The notes beneath the pieces were generated by a model, which made no database searches, was not told the DNA's origin, and was given only the letters and a program-made list of their open reading frames with translations. A stretch of DNA of 64,000 bases, from the NCBI GenBank assembly GCA_963828195.1, contig CAWHDT010000005.1, positions 384,001 through 448,000 of the forward strand. The letters run 5' to 3'. The position numbers and the translations under genes were made by a program. This document shows positions 1-9,784 of the stretch, piece after piece. The stretch comes from Candidatus Bathyarchaeota archaeon. GTDB taxonomy: Archaea; Thermoproteota; Bathyarchaeia; Bathyarchaeales; Bathycorpusculaceae. Each line of letters opens with the position of its first letter. Positions within the stretch are counted from its first letter, which is position 1.

Positions 1-353
1 ACTGTTCCCTTGAATTCTAAATTTGCTTCCTTCAAACTACTATTTACTTCGTCACGAAGAGATTTGTCCTGCATTAACATTTTTTTGACTTTTCTCAAAG
101 TACCGGCGCAGCCTGGGCAGAGCGTCAAAATATCTAAGCCTTGTTGCTCAGCCAAACATAGATTGCGTGCCGCCAAGATTATCATTGTTTCGTGGCTGAC
201 GGGGTCTAATGGAAGCCCACAGCAATTGAACTCGGGCATCTCGATTAGTTCAACGCCTAGTTTTCCCAGAATTTTGCGAGCTGAAATCTCATACGCGGAT
301 ACTCGGTAAGGTATGGCGCACCCGAGAAACAGAAGATACTTATGCTCGCCCAT
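1..353 (-). CDS. hdrB: Heterodisulfide reductase subunit B, N-terminal part (runs off the window)
   Basis: Manual translation from ATG at 353: MGEHKYLLFLGCAIPYRVSAYEISARKILGKLGVELIEMPEFNCCG...LTLCPGC, which contains CCG-domain motifs; directly downstream of hdrC. Confidence 0.9.
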   Translation of the reverse strand, partial: MGEHKYLLFLGCAIPYRVSAYEISARKILGKLGVELIEMPEFNCCGLPLDPVSHETMIILAARNLCLAEQQGLDILTLCPGCAGTLRKVKKMLMQDKSLRDEVNSSLKEANLEFKGT

Positions 354-354
354 T

Positions 355-870
355 TTACTCACCAGCCGCCTCTACTTGTTTTGGGAAATGCACCTTTTGC
401 AGAGTCTTTCTGATGCTTTCAGGATTACTTTTGGGTAAAGGAGGAAGCCCCTGAGTCTCGCGTTTTTTCTGTCTTAACTCTGGAATTTTGTATGCATAAC
501 CTGATTCCATTATGCTTGCACGCTGGTCCTTGAATACCTGAGGCATGCAACCTTCTTGAGCCGCAAGGTTTCGCAAGACACGAATGACGCTCGCCACTTC
601 AACGTCTTGAGGGCATCGGTCTGAGCAAGTAAAACATGCTGCGCACAGCCATAAAGTGTCACTGTGCAATACTCTTTCTTTTAATCCAAGCTGGGTCATT
701 CGAATTATCTGTCTGGGTCTATAAGTTTCGCTGAACCTAGCGACGGGGCAATCTGACGTACATGTTCCACATTGGAAACAACGCATCAATTTTTCACCGC
801 CCGGCATCTTTGAGATTTCATGTTTGAATTTAGGGTCAATTTCCGATTGTTTTACTGTTTCTGTAGTCAA
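355..870 (-). CDS. hdrC: Heterodisulfide reductase subunit C
   Basis: [12 protein letters not shown] and [15 protein letters not shown] 4Fe-4S motifs; operon context. Confidence 0.92.
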   Translation of the reverse strand: MTTETVKQSEIDPKFKHEISKMPGGEKLMRCFQCGTCTSDCPVARFSETYRPRQIIRMTQLGLKERVLHSDTLWLCAACFTCSDRCPQDVEVASVIRVLRNLAAQEGCMPQVFKDQRASIMESGYAYKIPELRQKKRETQGLPPLPKSNPESIRKTLQKVHFPKQVEAAGE

Positions 871-1304
871 GTTTTTACATCCTTAATTGTTAACGGGTTT
901 GGTCCTAATTCCTTGATTTCTCTCACCATATCGCGGACGACAGCTGCGAATTTGTCTCCTTCGCTCGCGGAAATCCACTCTAACCTGACACGTTTATCCT
1001 CTATCCCGAACTCTTGCAGAACTTTTTTCAAAAGCAATATCCGCCTTTTAGCTTTGAAATTTCCGCTGATATAGTGGCAGTCTGAGGGCAAATGGCAACC
1101 TGCAATGAGCACACCGTCGGCACCATCTTTGAAGGCTTTTAGGACAAAAGCTGGATCAATTCTGCCACTGCACATTACTCGAACAATTACAATGTTCGGC
1201 GGGTACTGGATTCTACTCACTCCAGCCAAGTCCGCGCCTGCATAGCTGCACCAGTTGCAGAGAAAACCGATTATCTTAGGTTCAAAACTTTCCGCGGCAG
1301 TCAT
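867..1304 (-). CDS. mvhD: MvhD/FlpD iron-sulfur subunit
   Basis: [41 protein letters not shown]; start placed at MTAAES (ATGA overlap with the hdrA stop). Confidence 0.92.
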   Translation of the reverse strand: MTAAESFEPKIIGFLCNWCSYAGADLAGVSRIQYPPNIVIVRVMCSGRIDPAFVLKAFKDGADGVLIAGCHLPSDCHYISGNFKAKRRILLLKKVLQEFGIEDKRVRLEWISASEGDKFAAVVRDMVREIKELGPNPLTIKDVKT

Positions 1305-4300
1305 TGTTCTTCCTCCATCAATGCAGCGTCTATCTGAGCAAGAATTTCTTCGTGAGTGAAATGGCCTAATGCTATGGCTTTGGTTGGACAAGCTGAGCCG
1401 CATGAACCACATCCCTTGCATAACGCTTCCAACACGTGCGCAACTGGTTTGCCATTCACAACTTGAATTTCAATTGCACCATATGGGCACATGTGTTCGC
1501 ATACTCTGCAGCCACTGCATAAATCTTCGACCACGCTTGCTATGGTTCCTTCTGTTTCAAGTGTTTTCTTTGAAAGCACCGTCGCAGCCCTAGATGCAGC
1601 CGCGCATGCCTGAGCAATACTTTCATCTATGTATTTTGGTGAATGCGCCATACCACAGAGGTAAACTCCTTCTGTTGCAAAATCGACGGGTCTGAGCTTC
1701 ATGTGGGCTTCCAAAAAGAATCCGTCCTTTGTTAACGGCACCTTAAGCTTCTCAGCCAAAGCCTTGTTTCCCGAATTTGGAATCGTAGCTGCACTTAAAA
1801 CCACTTGGTCAGGTTCAAGTTCAACTTCCTGTTTTAAGACTGGATCCCAAATGACAGCCTTAAGCTTACCGTTTTCTATGATGATGCATGGTTTTCTTTC
1901 ATCGCCGTAATTTATGAAGAGAACGCCTTTTGAGGCTGATTCACGGTAGAAGTCTTCCTTAAAACCGTATGTTCTCATGTCCTTGTAGAGAACGTAGACT
2001 TCCGCTTCAGGGTCTATTTCTTTAATCTTAAGAGCGTTTTTTGTTGCTTGTCCGCAGCAGATTCTTGCGCAATTCGGTTTTTCCTTGTTTCTTGCACCAA
2101 TGCACTGTATCATCAACACGCTTTTGGCTTTGAATTGCCCTTTTGCGAGTGTTTTTTCCAGTTCGTGCTGCGTTATTATTCTTGGGTCTTGACCATAGAG
2201 GTATTCTGTAGGCGTGTATTCAATGGCTCCTGTAGCAACAATAACTATTCCATGCTCAACTTCCTTCAGCATGTTCAGCTGCTTTATCTTGGACTTGAAG
2301 TTTCCCACGAACCCATAAACATCTAAGACTTCAGCATCCGTGTAAACGTGAATTTTTTCATTTTTCGTAACTTGCTCGATAAGGGCGTGGAGGTTCTTTT
2401 GAGGATCGGTCTTTTCGCCTAATAAGTAATAGATGTTGCGCAGATGACCGCCTAAAACAGGTTCCTTCTCGACAAGATGCACTTCAAACCCCTGCTTGGC
2501 AAGCTCTAAAGCGGCAGTCATTCCTGAAACTCCGCCGCCTATAACTAAGCCAACTGGAGTTACGTTTATAACTGGCTTTTTCAAAGGTTTCAAAAGCGCT
2601 GCTTTAGCGGTAATCGAGCGAACCAGGTCTTTGGCTTTCTTGGTTGCTTCTTTCGGCTGTCGCATGTGAACCCAGCTGCATTGGTCGCGGATGTTTGTCA
2701 TTTCAAACAAGTAAGGGTTCAACCCAGCTTCCTGCACCGTTTCTTTGAATAATGGCTCATGAGTTCGCGGAGTGCACGAAGCCACAACCACACGGTTAAG
2801 CTTGTTCTGCACAATCTTTTCCTTGATGAGTTTCTGCGTATCTTGTGAACACGTGTAAACGTTTGCTTCCGCATAAGCAACGTTGGGTAACTTTTTGGCG
2901 TATTCAACAACCTCGGGAACGTTTACAACTCCGCCAATGTTGATTCCGCAGTGACAAATGAAGACGCCGACTCGGGGAGGCTCGCAAAGAACGTCTCGTT
3001 CTGGCGGGTAGCTTCGTGCTGTAACTTGGGTTCCTCTGGCGCTAGCTATTATACTCATGGCTTTGGCTGCTGCTCCGCTGGCTTGTGCTACGCTTTCAGG
3101 GATGTCTTTAGGCGCGGAAAAAGCTCCGCAAACGAATATGCCCGTTTTTGACGTGTTCATGGGATCAAAGGTTTGAGTTTCGCAAAAATTATATTGGTTA
3201 AGTTCAATTCCCAGAACGGCTGCAAGTTTTTCGATATTTTTCGGAGGAACCATTCCTATTGACAGGACGACCATGTCGAACTCTTCGGTTACCGGTGTTT
3301 CGTCTTTAACGTAGTGAACAAAAAGGTTGCCTGTGGTTGGGTCCTCTGTGACTGAACCTGCGCGTGAACGGATAAATCTTATGCCATATTCTTCTTCCGC
3401 ACGATTACGATATTCGTCAAATTCCTTTCCATACGAACGCATATCCATGTAGAAAATTGATGCCGAAAGCGGCGTTGGCGTGTGCTCCTTTGCAATGACC
3501 GCTTCTTTAATGCCGTACATGCAACAAGCTGCAGAACAATATTTGTTTCCAACTTTATAGTCCCTTGAACCGACACATTGGATAAATGCGACTTTTTTCG
3601 GTATTTCGCCGTCTGAGGGCCGCAAAACAAGTCCGCCGTAAGGTCCAGAGGCACTTAATAATCGTTCGAATTCGATACTGTTTAGAACATTCGGATATCG
3701 CCCGTAGCCATATTCGGCTTTGAGCCTTGCGTCGAAAGGTTCGAAACCGGGCGCAAGTATTATTGATCCGACTTTCAGTTTGACTTGGCTATCGGTCTGG
3801 TCATACTGAATTGCACCGGCCTTACAGACTTCCGCGCAAGTTCCACATCCAACACATTTTTCACGGTCAATTAGGTATTTCAGTGGAACAGCCTGCGGAT
3901 ATTCAACGTAAACCGCACCTTTGCGCCCGAGTCCTTCATTGAAAGAATCAACCGCTTCAATAGGGCACTTTTGAGCGCATAGACCACATCCATTGCATTT
4001 TTCCTCAATTATATAACGGCTTTTTCGTCGAAGCCCAACTTCAAAATTCCCGGCTGGGCCACTTAAATTCTCTATGTCAGCGTTCGTCAGTATTGTAATG
4101 TTGGGGTGTCTTCCTGTCGCCACAAGTTTGGGTGAAAGAATACACATTGCACAATCGTTAGTGGGAAATGTCTTGTCAAGCTGTGCCATAACGCCCCCGA
4201 TGCTGGGTCCTTTATCTACAAGATAAACCTTGAAGCCTGAATCAGCCAAATCAAGAGATGCTTGAATGCCAGCAACGCCGCCGCCAACAACCATAACTGC

Positions 4301-4321
4301 ACCGACTTTCATGTCAACCAT
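1301..4321 (-). CDS. hdrA: Large double-module HdrA family flavo-iron-sulfur protein (1006 aa)
   Basis: Two GGGxxG FAD motifs, [41 protein letters not shown], several ferredoxin motifs. Confidence 0.93.
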   Translation of the reverse strand: MVDMKVGAVMVVGGGVAGIQASLDLADSGFKVYLVDKGPSIGGVMAQLDKTFPTNDCAMCILSPKLVATGRHPNITILTNADIENLSGPAGNFEVGLRRKSRYIIEEKCNGCGLCAQKCPIEAVDSFNEGLGRKGAVYVEYPQAVPLKYLIDREKCVGCGTCAEVCKAGAIQYDQTDSQVKLKVGSIILAPGFEPFDARLKAEYGYGRYPNVLNSIEFERLLSASGPYGGLVLRPSDGEIPKKVAFIQCVGSRDYKVGNKYCSAACCMYGIKEAVIAKEHTPTPLSASIFYMDMRSYGKEFDEYRNRAEEEYGIRFIRSRAGSVTEDPTTGNLFVHYVKDETPVTEEFDMVVLSIGMVPPKNIEKLAAVLGIELNQYNFCETQTFDPMNTSKTGIFVCGAFSAPKDIPESVAQASGAAAKAMSIIASARGTQVTARSYPPERDVLCEPPRVGVFICHCGINIGGVVNVPEVVEYAKKLPNVAYAEANVYTCSQDTQKLIKEKIVQNKLNRVVVASCTPRTHEPLFKETVQEAGLNPYLFEMTNIRDQCSWVHMRQPKEATKKAKDLVRSITAKAALLKPLKKPVINVTPVGLVIGGGVSGMTAALELAKQGFEVHLVEKEPVLGGHLRNIYYLLGEKTDPQKNLHALIEQVTKNEKIHVYTDAEVLDVYGFVGNFKSKIKQLNMLKEVEHGIVIVATGAIEYTPTEYLYGQDPRIITQHELEKTLAKGQFKAKSVLMIQCIGARNKEKPNCARICCGQATKNALKIKEIDPEAEVYVLYKDMRTYGFKEDFYRESASKGVLFINYGDERKPCIIIENGKLKAVIWDPVLKQEVELEPDQVVLSAATIPNSGNKALAEKLKVPLTKDGFFLEAHMKLRPVDFATEGVYLCGMAHSPKYIDESIAQACAAASRAATVLSKKTLETEGTIASVVEDLCSGCRVCEHMCPYGAIEIQVVNGKPVAHVLEALCKGCGSCGSACPTKAIALGHFTHEEILAQIDAALMEEEQ

Positions 4322-4324
4322 TTT

Positions 4325-5098
4325 TTAAGCCTCCAAAGCCTTGTATAAAGGCGTGTTACCTTCGATGTGATCAACCGTAATCATGTTTCTTCTCCTCATC
4401 GCAACAATGTGTTTGAGAACCTCCGCCGGCTTAAGTTCAGTAGCCGCTGATAGGTTAGCGACCGACTGCGGGTTGTTCCGTGCTAAAACATGAATCTTAT
4501 GGCGCATGAACTCTTCTTCAACTGCTTCATCAAGCAGATCCTCAAAGTTCTCTTGAAGGACTTTTTCACCATAAACATTGCATTTTTCAGTCAACTCCCT
4601 TTCCTTGCCAACTAGAACCCTCAGCCTGAAACCTGAAGCGACATCAATTGCCGCCGTAAGATTCTCAAGGATCTTCGGGTCTGGCTTGGTTCCAGATATG
4701 GGAGACTGACCTAACTTTCTTATTCTTTCAGTAAACTGCGTCACTACCTGAGCGAATCTTTGACCCTCTGACGCTGAAACCCATTCAAGCTCTATTCTTT
4801 CTGAACCTAAGCCAGTCAGCGCCAACAGTTTTTTGAGAAGCTTGATTTTTTTCTCTGCGTAAAGATTTCCTTCTGAGTAGTGGCAATCTCCCGGGTGACA
4901 GCCCAAAACAATGACCCCGTCTGCGCCCTGAGCAAAAACTTGCAGGGGAATCACAGGATCAATTCTGCCACTGCACATGACTCTTACCACTCTAATATTG
5001 GAGGGGTACTGAATTCTGCTTACACCCGCTAAGTCCGCGCCGGCATAACTGCACCAGTTGCATAGAAAACCGATTATCTTCGGTTCAAATTCTGTCAG
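4325..5098 (-). CDS. mvhD: MvhD with a ~120-aa C-terminal extension (putative wHTH); probable CTG start
   Basis: Frame extends upstream of the ORF-track start to (M)[24 protein letters not shown], beginning at CTG 5098; GGAGGG SD upstream; in-frame TAG at 5111-5113. Confidence 0.85.
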   Translation of the reverse strand: MTEFEPKIIGFLCNWCSYAGADLAGVSRIQYPSNIRVVRVMCSGRIDPVIPLQVFAQGADGVIVLGCHPGDCHYSEGNLYAEKKIKLLKKLLALTGLGSERIELEWVSASEGQRFAQVVTQFTERIRKLGQSPISGTKPDPKILENLTAAIDVASGFRLRVLVGKERELTEKCNVYGEKVLQENFEDLLDEAVEEEFMRHKIHVLARNNPQSVANLSAATELKPAEVLKHIVAMRRRNMITVDHIEGNTPLYKALEA

Positions 5099-5099
5099 A

Positions 5100-6800
5100 T
5101 TAAGACCCTCCTATGGCTGATGTTGCTTCAGCAATAATTTGAGCATCGCTAAAGTGTCTCATATTAATGGCTTTTTCAGGGCAGCTGGCGGAACATACCC
5201 CACAGCCCTTGCATAGAACATCATTTACTTTCGCCACTCCAGATTCATTCTTTCTTATCGCATTGTAAGGGCAAAGTTTAACGCAGGTGCCGCACCCAGT
5301 GCATTTAGCGTCATTAACACAGGCGGTTATCGCTTCAGCTCTGATTTTTCCTAACGCCATTGGGATTCCTGCTCTTGACGCAGCGGCGTATGCCTGAGTT
5401 ATGCTTTCGGCGACCGTTTTGGGTCCATGTGCGGTTCCACATAAGAAAATGCCATCGGTCGCAAAATCCACAGGTCTTAGTTTAAAGTGTGCTTCCAAAA
5501 AGAAGCCATCTGCTCCTATTGGAACTTTGAGGAGTTTTGAAAGCTCCGTTGCATCCTCCGATTTAACAAGAGGAGTAGATAACACAATAAGATCGGGTTC
5601 AAGTTCAAGCGCGTAGTTACCCAAGATGTCATGCACTTTAACTGAGAGTTTGCCGTTTACGTCTGAAGACACCTGAGGCGGATTGGAATCATCGTATCTT
5701 ATGAACTGCACAAAGTTGTGCCTAGCCTTCTCGTATTGTTCTTCAAAGTCTTTTCCATAGGCCTGCATGTCTCTGTACAGTATTGAAACTTCGGAATCTG
5801 GAAGCATCTCCTTAATTATCATAGCATTCTTAAGCGCCATGGTGCAACATATTCTCGAGCAGTAGTTTCGTCCGCCAACTTTCCCTTCTCTTGCACCAAC
5901 GCATTGAATCATAAGTATGTTCTTTGGATGCCCAAGTTTTCCTTCTCTCATGAGTTTTTCAAGCTCAAGTTGGGTTACCACGTTTTTATTTTCGCCGTAG
6001 CAGTACATTCCGATGGGCTTAAAAACATCGGCTCCTGTAGCAAGCACTATTGTGCCAGCGTTAAGTTTTTCTTCGGTTCCATTATGGTTAAGGGTTACTT
6101 CGAAGTTTCCGATGAAGCCATTGACGTTCGTTACGGTGGAAGACATATAGGTTTTGATGTTTGGGTTTGAACGCACAGAGTGAATATACTCGTCGAGAAT
6201 TTCGGAGCCGGGTTTATTGCTGGGGTACAACGTGTAAAGTTCACATAGTTTCCCACCGAGCTCTTTGTTTTTCTCTACTAAAATCACGTTAAATCCTTGA
6301 TTGGCAAGGCTGAGGGCAGCAGTCATTCCTGAAACTCCACCGCCCATCACTAGTACTGAAGGTTGGATCTCAATTTCTGTTTCCGCTTGAGGCTCAAGCA
6401 GTCCAGCTTTTGCAATAGCCATCTTAACAATCCCTTTGGCTTTCTCGGTGGCTTTTTCGGGTTCTTTAGCGTGTACCCAACTACATTGTTCACGAATGTT
6501 TGCCATATGAAACATATACTTATTCAGGTTCGCTTCTTCACATGCGCCTCTAAAAAGCGGCTCGTGCGTTCTGGGTGTGCATGAAGCCACCACTACGCGG
6601 TCAAGGTCATATTTTCTTATGGCATCCTTAATCTTGTTTAGTCCTTCCGATGAGCAGGTGTAAAGATTGTCCTCTGCATATGCAACATTAGGCAGGGTTC
6701 TTGCGTACTCTACGACTGAGGGCACGTTTACCACACCGCCTATGTTAACACCACATTGGCAGACGAAGACGCCGATTCGCGGTTTATTTTTCTCGCTCAC
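5100..6800 (-). CDS. hdrA: HdrA family protein (corresponds to the C-terminal module of the 1006-aa HdrA)
   Basis: [50 protein letters not shown]-terminal 2x[4Fe-4S]. Confidence 0.9.
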   Translation of the reverse strand: MSEKNKPRIGVFVCQCGVNIGGVVNVPSVVEYARTLPNVAYAEDNLYTCSSEGLNKIKDAIRKYDLDRVVVASCTPRTHEPLFRGACEEANLNKYMFHMANIREQCSWVHAKEPEKATEKAKGIVKMAIAKAGLLEPQAETEIEIQPSVLVMGGGVSGMTAALSLANQGFNVILVEKNKELGGKLCELYTLYPSNKPGSEILDEYIHSVRSNPNIKTYMSSTVTNVNGFIGNFEVTLNHNGTEEKLNAGTIVLATGADVFKPIGMYCYGENKNVVTQLELEKLMREGKLGHPKNILMIQCVGAREGKVGGRNYCSRICCTMALKNAMIIKEMLPDSEVSILYRDMQAYGKDFEEQYEKARHNFVQFIRYDDSNPPQVSSDVNGKLSVKVHDILGNYALELEPDLIVLSTPLVKSEDATELSKLLKVPIGADGFFLEAHFKLRPVDFATDGIFLCGTAHGPKTVAESITQAYAAASRAGIPMALGKIRAEAITACVNDAKCTGCGTCVKLCPYNAIRKNESGVAKVNDVLCKGCGVCSASCPEKAINMRHFSDAQIIAEATSAIGGS

Positions 6801-8113
6801 TTTTTTTGCTCCTTTGCCGTTAACGCGATTGCTTCTGCAGCTCTGGCAGCTGCTCCACTAGCTTGAGCCACGCTCTCCGGGATGTCTTTGGGACTTTGGC
6901 AATATCCGCAAATGTAAATCCCTTTGGAAGTTGTGTCCATCGGCGCCGTGAGTAAATCCTTTGCTTTGAAGAAATTAGCCTCATCAAGTTCTATACCCAT
7001 TTCTTTAGCAAGCCTCTTGTTTTCCGTCTTCGGAATCAAGGCAGGACATAGCACGACCATGTCAGCCTCAAGCTTTTTCATTTCCCCCGTCTTGATATCT
7101 TCGAAGTGAATCTGCAGATTCTTTGTAGCTTGGTCCTCAGCTATACCGCCTGGATGAGCTTTGATGTATGTTACGCCGTAGTCGTCTCTTGCCCTGTCGA
7201 CAAATTCCTGAAAGCCCTTTCCCACGGCTCTCATGTCAATATACATAATGTAAGTCTGAGTTTGCGGAGAATGTTCTTTGACAAGAATTGACTCTTTAGT
7301 TGCATAAACACAGCATACTGTTGAACAGAACGGAAATCTTCCATGAAGGTTTCTCGAACCCACACATTGAACGAAAACAACGCTTCTGGGCGTTTTCCCA
7401 TCTGAGGGACGAACAAGATGCCCCCCCGTTGGGCCAGATGCACATATTAACCGCTCAAACTCCATGGAGGTAAGAACATTTTGGAATCTGCCATAACCAT
7501 ACTCGCCAATAGCGGAAGGATCAAAAACATCAAAACCCGTGGCTAAGATTATTGAAGCCACATTCAAGTCTATTTCTTCTGGTTTTTGATCGTAGTTGAT
7601 GGCATTAGATGGGCACACTTTCTTGCAAACACCGCAAATCTTTTTAGAAAAGTAAAGACAATTTTCTGCGTCGATTGTGGCGACGAGAGGAACTGCTTGC
7701 TTAAATGGCATGTAAATGGCTTTCCTCTTGCCCAAGCCCATATCGAACTCGTTGGAAACTTTAACCGGGCACTTTTCCATGCAAGTGCCGCATCCTGTGC
7801 ATTTAGAGAAATCTACATAACGGGGCTTTCGAAGGATTTTCACATTAAAATTTCCTTCCTCGCCTTCAACATGCTGAACTTCCGAGTATGTAAGTAGGCT
7901 GATATTTGGATGTCTGAGGCACTCAATCATTTTTGGAGCAAGTATACAAATGGAACAGTCTAAAGTTGGAAAAGTTTTATCAAGCTGAGCCATGCGTCCG
8001 CCTATACTTGGAGTCTTTTCAACAAGATAGACTTTTGTGCCTCGATTAGCCAAGTCTAATGACGCCTGAATACCAGCAATCCCGCCTCCGACTACCAAAA
8101 CTGACTTGGAGAT
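6797..8113 (-). CDS. hdrA: HdrA family protein (corresponds to the N-terminal module of the 1006-aa HdrA); probable ATC start
   Basis: [24 protein letters not shown], inserted ferredoxin, CVGSR; frame extends to ATC 8113 (SKSVLVVGGG) with TAA at 8117-8119; TTG 8098 is the alternative start. Confidence 0.88.
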   Translation of the reverse strand: MSKSVLVVGGGIAGIQASLDLANRGTKVYLVEKTPSIGGRMAQLDKTFPTLDCSICILAPKMIECLRHPNISLLTYSEVQHVEGEEGNFNVKILRKPRYVDFSKCTGCGTCMEKCPVKVSNEFDMGLGKRKAIYMPFKQAVPLVATIDAENCLYFSKKICGVCKKVCPSNAINYDQKPEEIDLNVASIILATGFDVFDPSAIGEYGYGRFQNVLTSMEFERLICASGPTGGHLVRPSDGKTPRSVVFVQCVGSRNLHGRFPFCSTVCCVYATKESILVKEHSPQTQTYIMYIDMRAVGKGFQEFVDRARDDYGVTYIKAHPGGIAEDQATKNLQIHFEDIKTGEMKKLEADMVVLCPALIPKTENKRLAKEMGIELDEANFFKAKDLLTAPMDTTSKGIYICGYCQSPKDIPESVAQASGAAARAAEAIALTAKEQKK

Positions 8114-8452
8114 ATTTTATGCCCCCTACTCCATATTGATTTAAATGAATTAATAATCTAAGGCTAAATATCTTGCGGTTATTCCCATTTTTGGATATTA
8201 GCACATCTTTGACCAATTTCAAAAGCTCTTTTTTGTCAAATGAAAAGGGCTTCTGAAAAATTATAAATCTGGCGGAAAAGAGGGCTCAGGCACAAGCATC
8301 TTCTAGTCACATTCATAACTACTAAATTATTGTTGAAAAAGCCCCAGCCGCATAAAGGAAGAATTGTTTACAAGGAGGAGTTAGGGAACTTTTATCTAAT
8401 AGTCAAATGAAAGGTTTGTAGCTATGCCTTTGAAAAGAGCGAGGAAACAAAA

Positions 8453-9772
8453 ATGGTAGAGGGCAAATACTGGAACGAAAAAATCGAAACCATATCTGCT
8501 GAAGAACTAAAAGCACATCAACTAAAAAAATTAAAAGAACAAGTAAAACGTTGCTACGAAAACAGCGCTTTCTACAAGAAAAAATTTGACCGCGCAGGAT
8601 TAAAGCCTGAAGATATACGCTCACTAGAAGATCTTCAGAAAATTCCTTTCACAGTAAAGAACGACTTACGCGATACATACCCTTTTGGAATGGTTGCAGC
8701 TAAATCTGATGACATAGTGGAGATTCATGCTTCGAGCGGTACAACTGGCAACCCCATAATCGGTGCTTACACAAGCAATGACATGGATGTTTGGCAAGAA
8801 TTAATGGCGAGATCCATCTACACTGCGGGGGGAAGACACAACGATGTTATGCATATCGCTTACGGCTATGGCTTATTCACAGGCGGGTTCGGTTTTCATT
8901 ATGGCGCTCAAAAGGTTGGAGCCAAAATTATTCCCGCAAGCGGAGGAATGACTCAGCGTCAAATAAAATTCATGAAGGATTTGGGAGTCACAATTTTAGC
9001 TTGCACCCCAAGTTTCGCTGTTTACCTTGCAGAAACCATGGCTCATGAAGGTATTGACCCACGAAAAGACCTTAAACTTAAACTAGGCATGTTTGGGGCT
9101 GAACCATGGTCAGATAAGATTAGAGAAAGAATTGAGAGAGACCTTGGAATTGAAGCCTTTGACGTTTACGGGTTAACGGAACTTTGTGGTCCAGGAGTCG
9201 CCGTTGAATGCCCTGAGCATAAAGGGCTGCATATTTGGGAAGACCACTTTATCGTAGAAACAATTAACCCTGACACAGGCGACGTGTTGCCCGCGGGGGA
9301 AGAAGGCGAACTTGTCTTCACAACGCTCACCAAAACAGGCTTGCCTATGCTTAGATACAGGACACGAGACATCTCAAAACTTGTAACAGAAAAATGCGAT
9401 TGCGGACGCACACACACCCGAATGATGCGTGTCCACGGAAGATCAGACGACATGCTAATTATACGCGGTGTCAACGTATTTCCATCGCAAATAGAGTTTG
9501 CGGTAATGTGCTTCTCCGAACTAGCCACGCAATACTTAATAGTTGTTGATAGACCTGGCGCTTTAGACACATTCGTAGTTAAAGTTGAATTGTCAGAAAA
9601 AGCTTCCAGAGATCCGCAGGTCGATAAAAATATGCTTAAAAACGAAATTCAAAAGAGAATTCACATAGTAACAGGGATAACGGCAGACGTCGAAATCGTC
9701 GAGCCAGGCGAACTTCCGAGAACAGAGGGAAAAGCAAAAAGAGTTCTAGACTTACGCACTGGCAAAATGTAA
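8453..9772 (+). CDS. paaK: Phenylacetate-CoA ligase
   Basis: HASSGTTGNP, YGYGLFTGG, GAEPWS, YGLTELCGPG, RYRTRD, GRSDDMLIIRGVNVFPSQIE. Confidence 0.93.
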   Translation: MVEGKYWNEKIETISAEELKAHQLKKLKEQVKRCYENSAFYKKKFDRAGLKPEDIRSLEDLQKIPFTVKNDLRDTYPFGMVAAKSDDIVEIHASSGTTGNPIIGAYTSNDMDVWQELMARSIYTAGGRHNDVMHIAYGYGLFTGGFGFHYGAQKVGAKIIPASGGMTQRQIKFMKDLGVTILACTPSFAVYLAETMAHEGIDPRKDLKLKLGMFGAEPWSDKIRERIERDLGIEAFDVYGLTELCGPGVAVECPEHKGLHIWEDHFIVETINPDTGDVLPAGEEGELVFTTLTKTGLPMLRYRTRDISKLVTEKCDCGRTHTRMMRVHGRSDDMLIIRGVNVFPSQIEFAVMCFSELATQYLIVVDRPGALDTFVVKVELSEKASRDPQVDKNMLKNEIQKRIHIVTGITADVEIVEPGELPRTEGKAKRVLDLRTGKM

Positions 9773-9784
9773 AGGACTTAACAT

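Noticed and set aside
1-8113. Selenocysteine recoding in HdrA/MvhD
   Set aside because: All expected positions are Cys codons and no in-frame TGA is needed; the short mvhD ORF is explained by its start codon
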